From positions 72,602,001 through 72,666,000 of the forward strand of contig OX597826.1 in assembly GCA_951406725.2 (NCBI GenBank): 64,000 nucleotides of DNA, given 5' to 3'. The position numbers and the translations under genes were made by a program. Numbering within the stretch: the first letter of the stretch is position 1; each line of letters starts with the position of its first letter. The notes under the pieces were generated by a model, which was not told the origin of the DNA, did not search any database, and saw only the letters and a list, made by a program, of their open reading frames with translations. Source of the DNA: Octopus vulgaris (lineage: Eukaryota). Shown here piece by piece: positions 62,331-64,000 of this stretch.

Positions 62331-64000
62331 GTTGAGAGAGATGTATTCAACTTTCAGAAACTGAGTCCTTGTCTATTGGTCTTTTCTATTGTCTTCATAA
62401 ATAAGGAATGGAGGCTTTATGACTGTATTATTGTGTAATAATTATTGTGCTATATTCATAGTTAATGATACTAAAACATCTGTACAACTCTGATGTTCCC
62501 CTGGCAAACATTTGGTGTAGTGACTAAGTACTGCACTATAATTTGAAAATACTGCCATTAGTCCCGTGATGTTGAATTCCTCAAGTTTCTGCGTAGTTCA
62601 TGTTTTCTATAAAAATAAGTGTGATAGACTGCACTTGGGCACCATTTAAAACATCTGACTTATTCAAAACATCTCTAAAAATATGAAATTCTCCTGAAAG
62701 CTAATCATAAGCCTAAATATATGTGTACAACAAAGTACTGCAATGACTCATCCTAATTAAAGCAGAATTTGTTCGTAATTTAACTACATTTCAAAGCAGT
62801 AATCACAGGTTCCCAGATGTGTGTGCATCAATGCATCTCTGTAACTGTTATCCAAGATAAGAGTGAGTTGAGTGGAATCTGTATAGGGCTTTTCTTCTTC
62901 TTCTTCTTCTTATAAAAAAAAAAAGGCAAAATACTGTTTTAATCTAAAATCTCAGATTCCATTGACTGAAGGTCTGATGAATAAGTTGTATGCCTTATGT
63001 CATTCATTAATATAGTTTTGTTTTCTAACTGACGATGGTAAATGTCTTTGCAATAAAATATTTACGTTAATGGCTCTAATTTCTTGTCCCAATACTTTTA
63101 TGCAGGAATATGTTTCCTGGCTTGGCAACTTCTCATTTGAAATCAGATTTGTTTTCTTTAAGTTGCTTTGTTGGAGAACTTGCCTAGGGCAGAATTCGAA
63201 CCAAAGGCTTTGAGATACCAATACCCTTCACTAAATTCTCTGTTCACAAACCTGTTCATTCATTGATGTAGTGTTTATTTAATCATTCCTGCTGGACTGG
63301 ATGGATTCATATAACGAGTTTAAATATAAAGAAAGCTTCCAAATTTGTCACTGGCAAAAATATATTCAAGATCTCTTATTTCAGGACCAACTTAACTAGT
63401 CTAGTTGTTGTTGTTTAGTCTCAAAACAGCTCTAATATGATGAGGTAAAGACATTCAAACTGTGATCACCTTGTCTTTGTTTAAGGTATCCAGGACTGCA
63501 TTATCTTGGATACGTGTTTCCTTCCATTTTTTAGGCAATAGGCAATGATTTTAGAGAGATTTGACTTCCATAATTCTGAGGTGGCAGTTGTAACTTGGTT
63601 TCATCAGATATTCTGCAGGTGCCACCTTAGCTGTGTTACATGTTTTCACATGAGAGCCTTTACCTTGTGTGCCTCCTTCTCTCTTCTGAAGCCATGGCAT
63701 TGATTCATTCTCTTAACAAATATTTCATTTTGACTACATCCCTCTCTTATTCTTGGAGCCAAATAGAAACTGTGATTGTTTCACAAACCATGATGATTTA
63801 TAGAATCAGTGTTTGTAGTTTTGTTGTCAGATAATGCTAGCCTATCCCATAGAATTTCCTTAGAAAATCCTGCCACCCACTACCTAGCTAGATAAAGTGA
63901 AATCTTTCTGTAAGACATACTAAAAACATTAGTAATGGCATCATCTGATGGAAGTATGAACCAATTATAGATTTAATGATATTGTTGCTCTTGGAAGCAG

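Noticed and set aside
62973-62990. Other CTGATGA matches (also near 5268, 16104, 19592, 31273, 43618) as hammerhead cores
   Set aside because: None is followed by a stem II, GAAA and NUH with a pairing stem I.
56594-64000. Next mib1 exon (AMRVLL...[20 protein letters not shown]-like)
   Set aside because: No matching reading frame was seen; the ctgcag at about 63613 is not followed by MIB1-like codons.

Overview
AT-rich, repeat-dense eukaryotic genomic DNA, very probably from an octopus or other coleoid cephalopod (inferred from the SINE/MITE families and microsatellite load). The window lies inside one + strand gene, the Notch-pathway E3 ubiquitin ligase mind bomb 1 (mib1). Twelve internal coding exons (14756-56593, 1621 nt, about 540 codons) splice in frame at GT-AG junctions. 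They encode the ZZ zinc finger, the second MIB/HERC2 domain, both mib (REP) repeats and the first ankyrin repeats. The first coding exon and the C-terminal ankyrin/RING exons lie outside the window. The introns hold several tRNA-derived SINE families, RTE, CR1/L2-like and L1/Tx1 LINE fragments, hAT and TTAA-flanked MITEs, a mariner fragment, a Helentron-like end, minisatellites and microsatellites. Almost all listed ORFs are noise. Best leads: (1) a Penelope-type minimal hammerhead ribozyme with a compensatory U3-A8 core, antisense at 54995-55035; (2) a G-U-rich, sense-strand ~97-nt hairpin at 53523-53619; (3) several long intronic foldbacks that could be ADAR substrates; (4) candidate alternative and poison splice acceptors; (5) the start of the intron that hosts miR-1/miR-133 in vertebrates, although neither miRNA was seen here. 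All structures were read by eye and none was computed.
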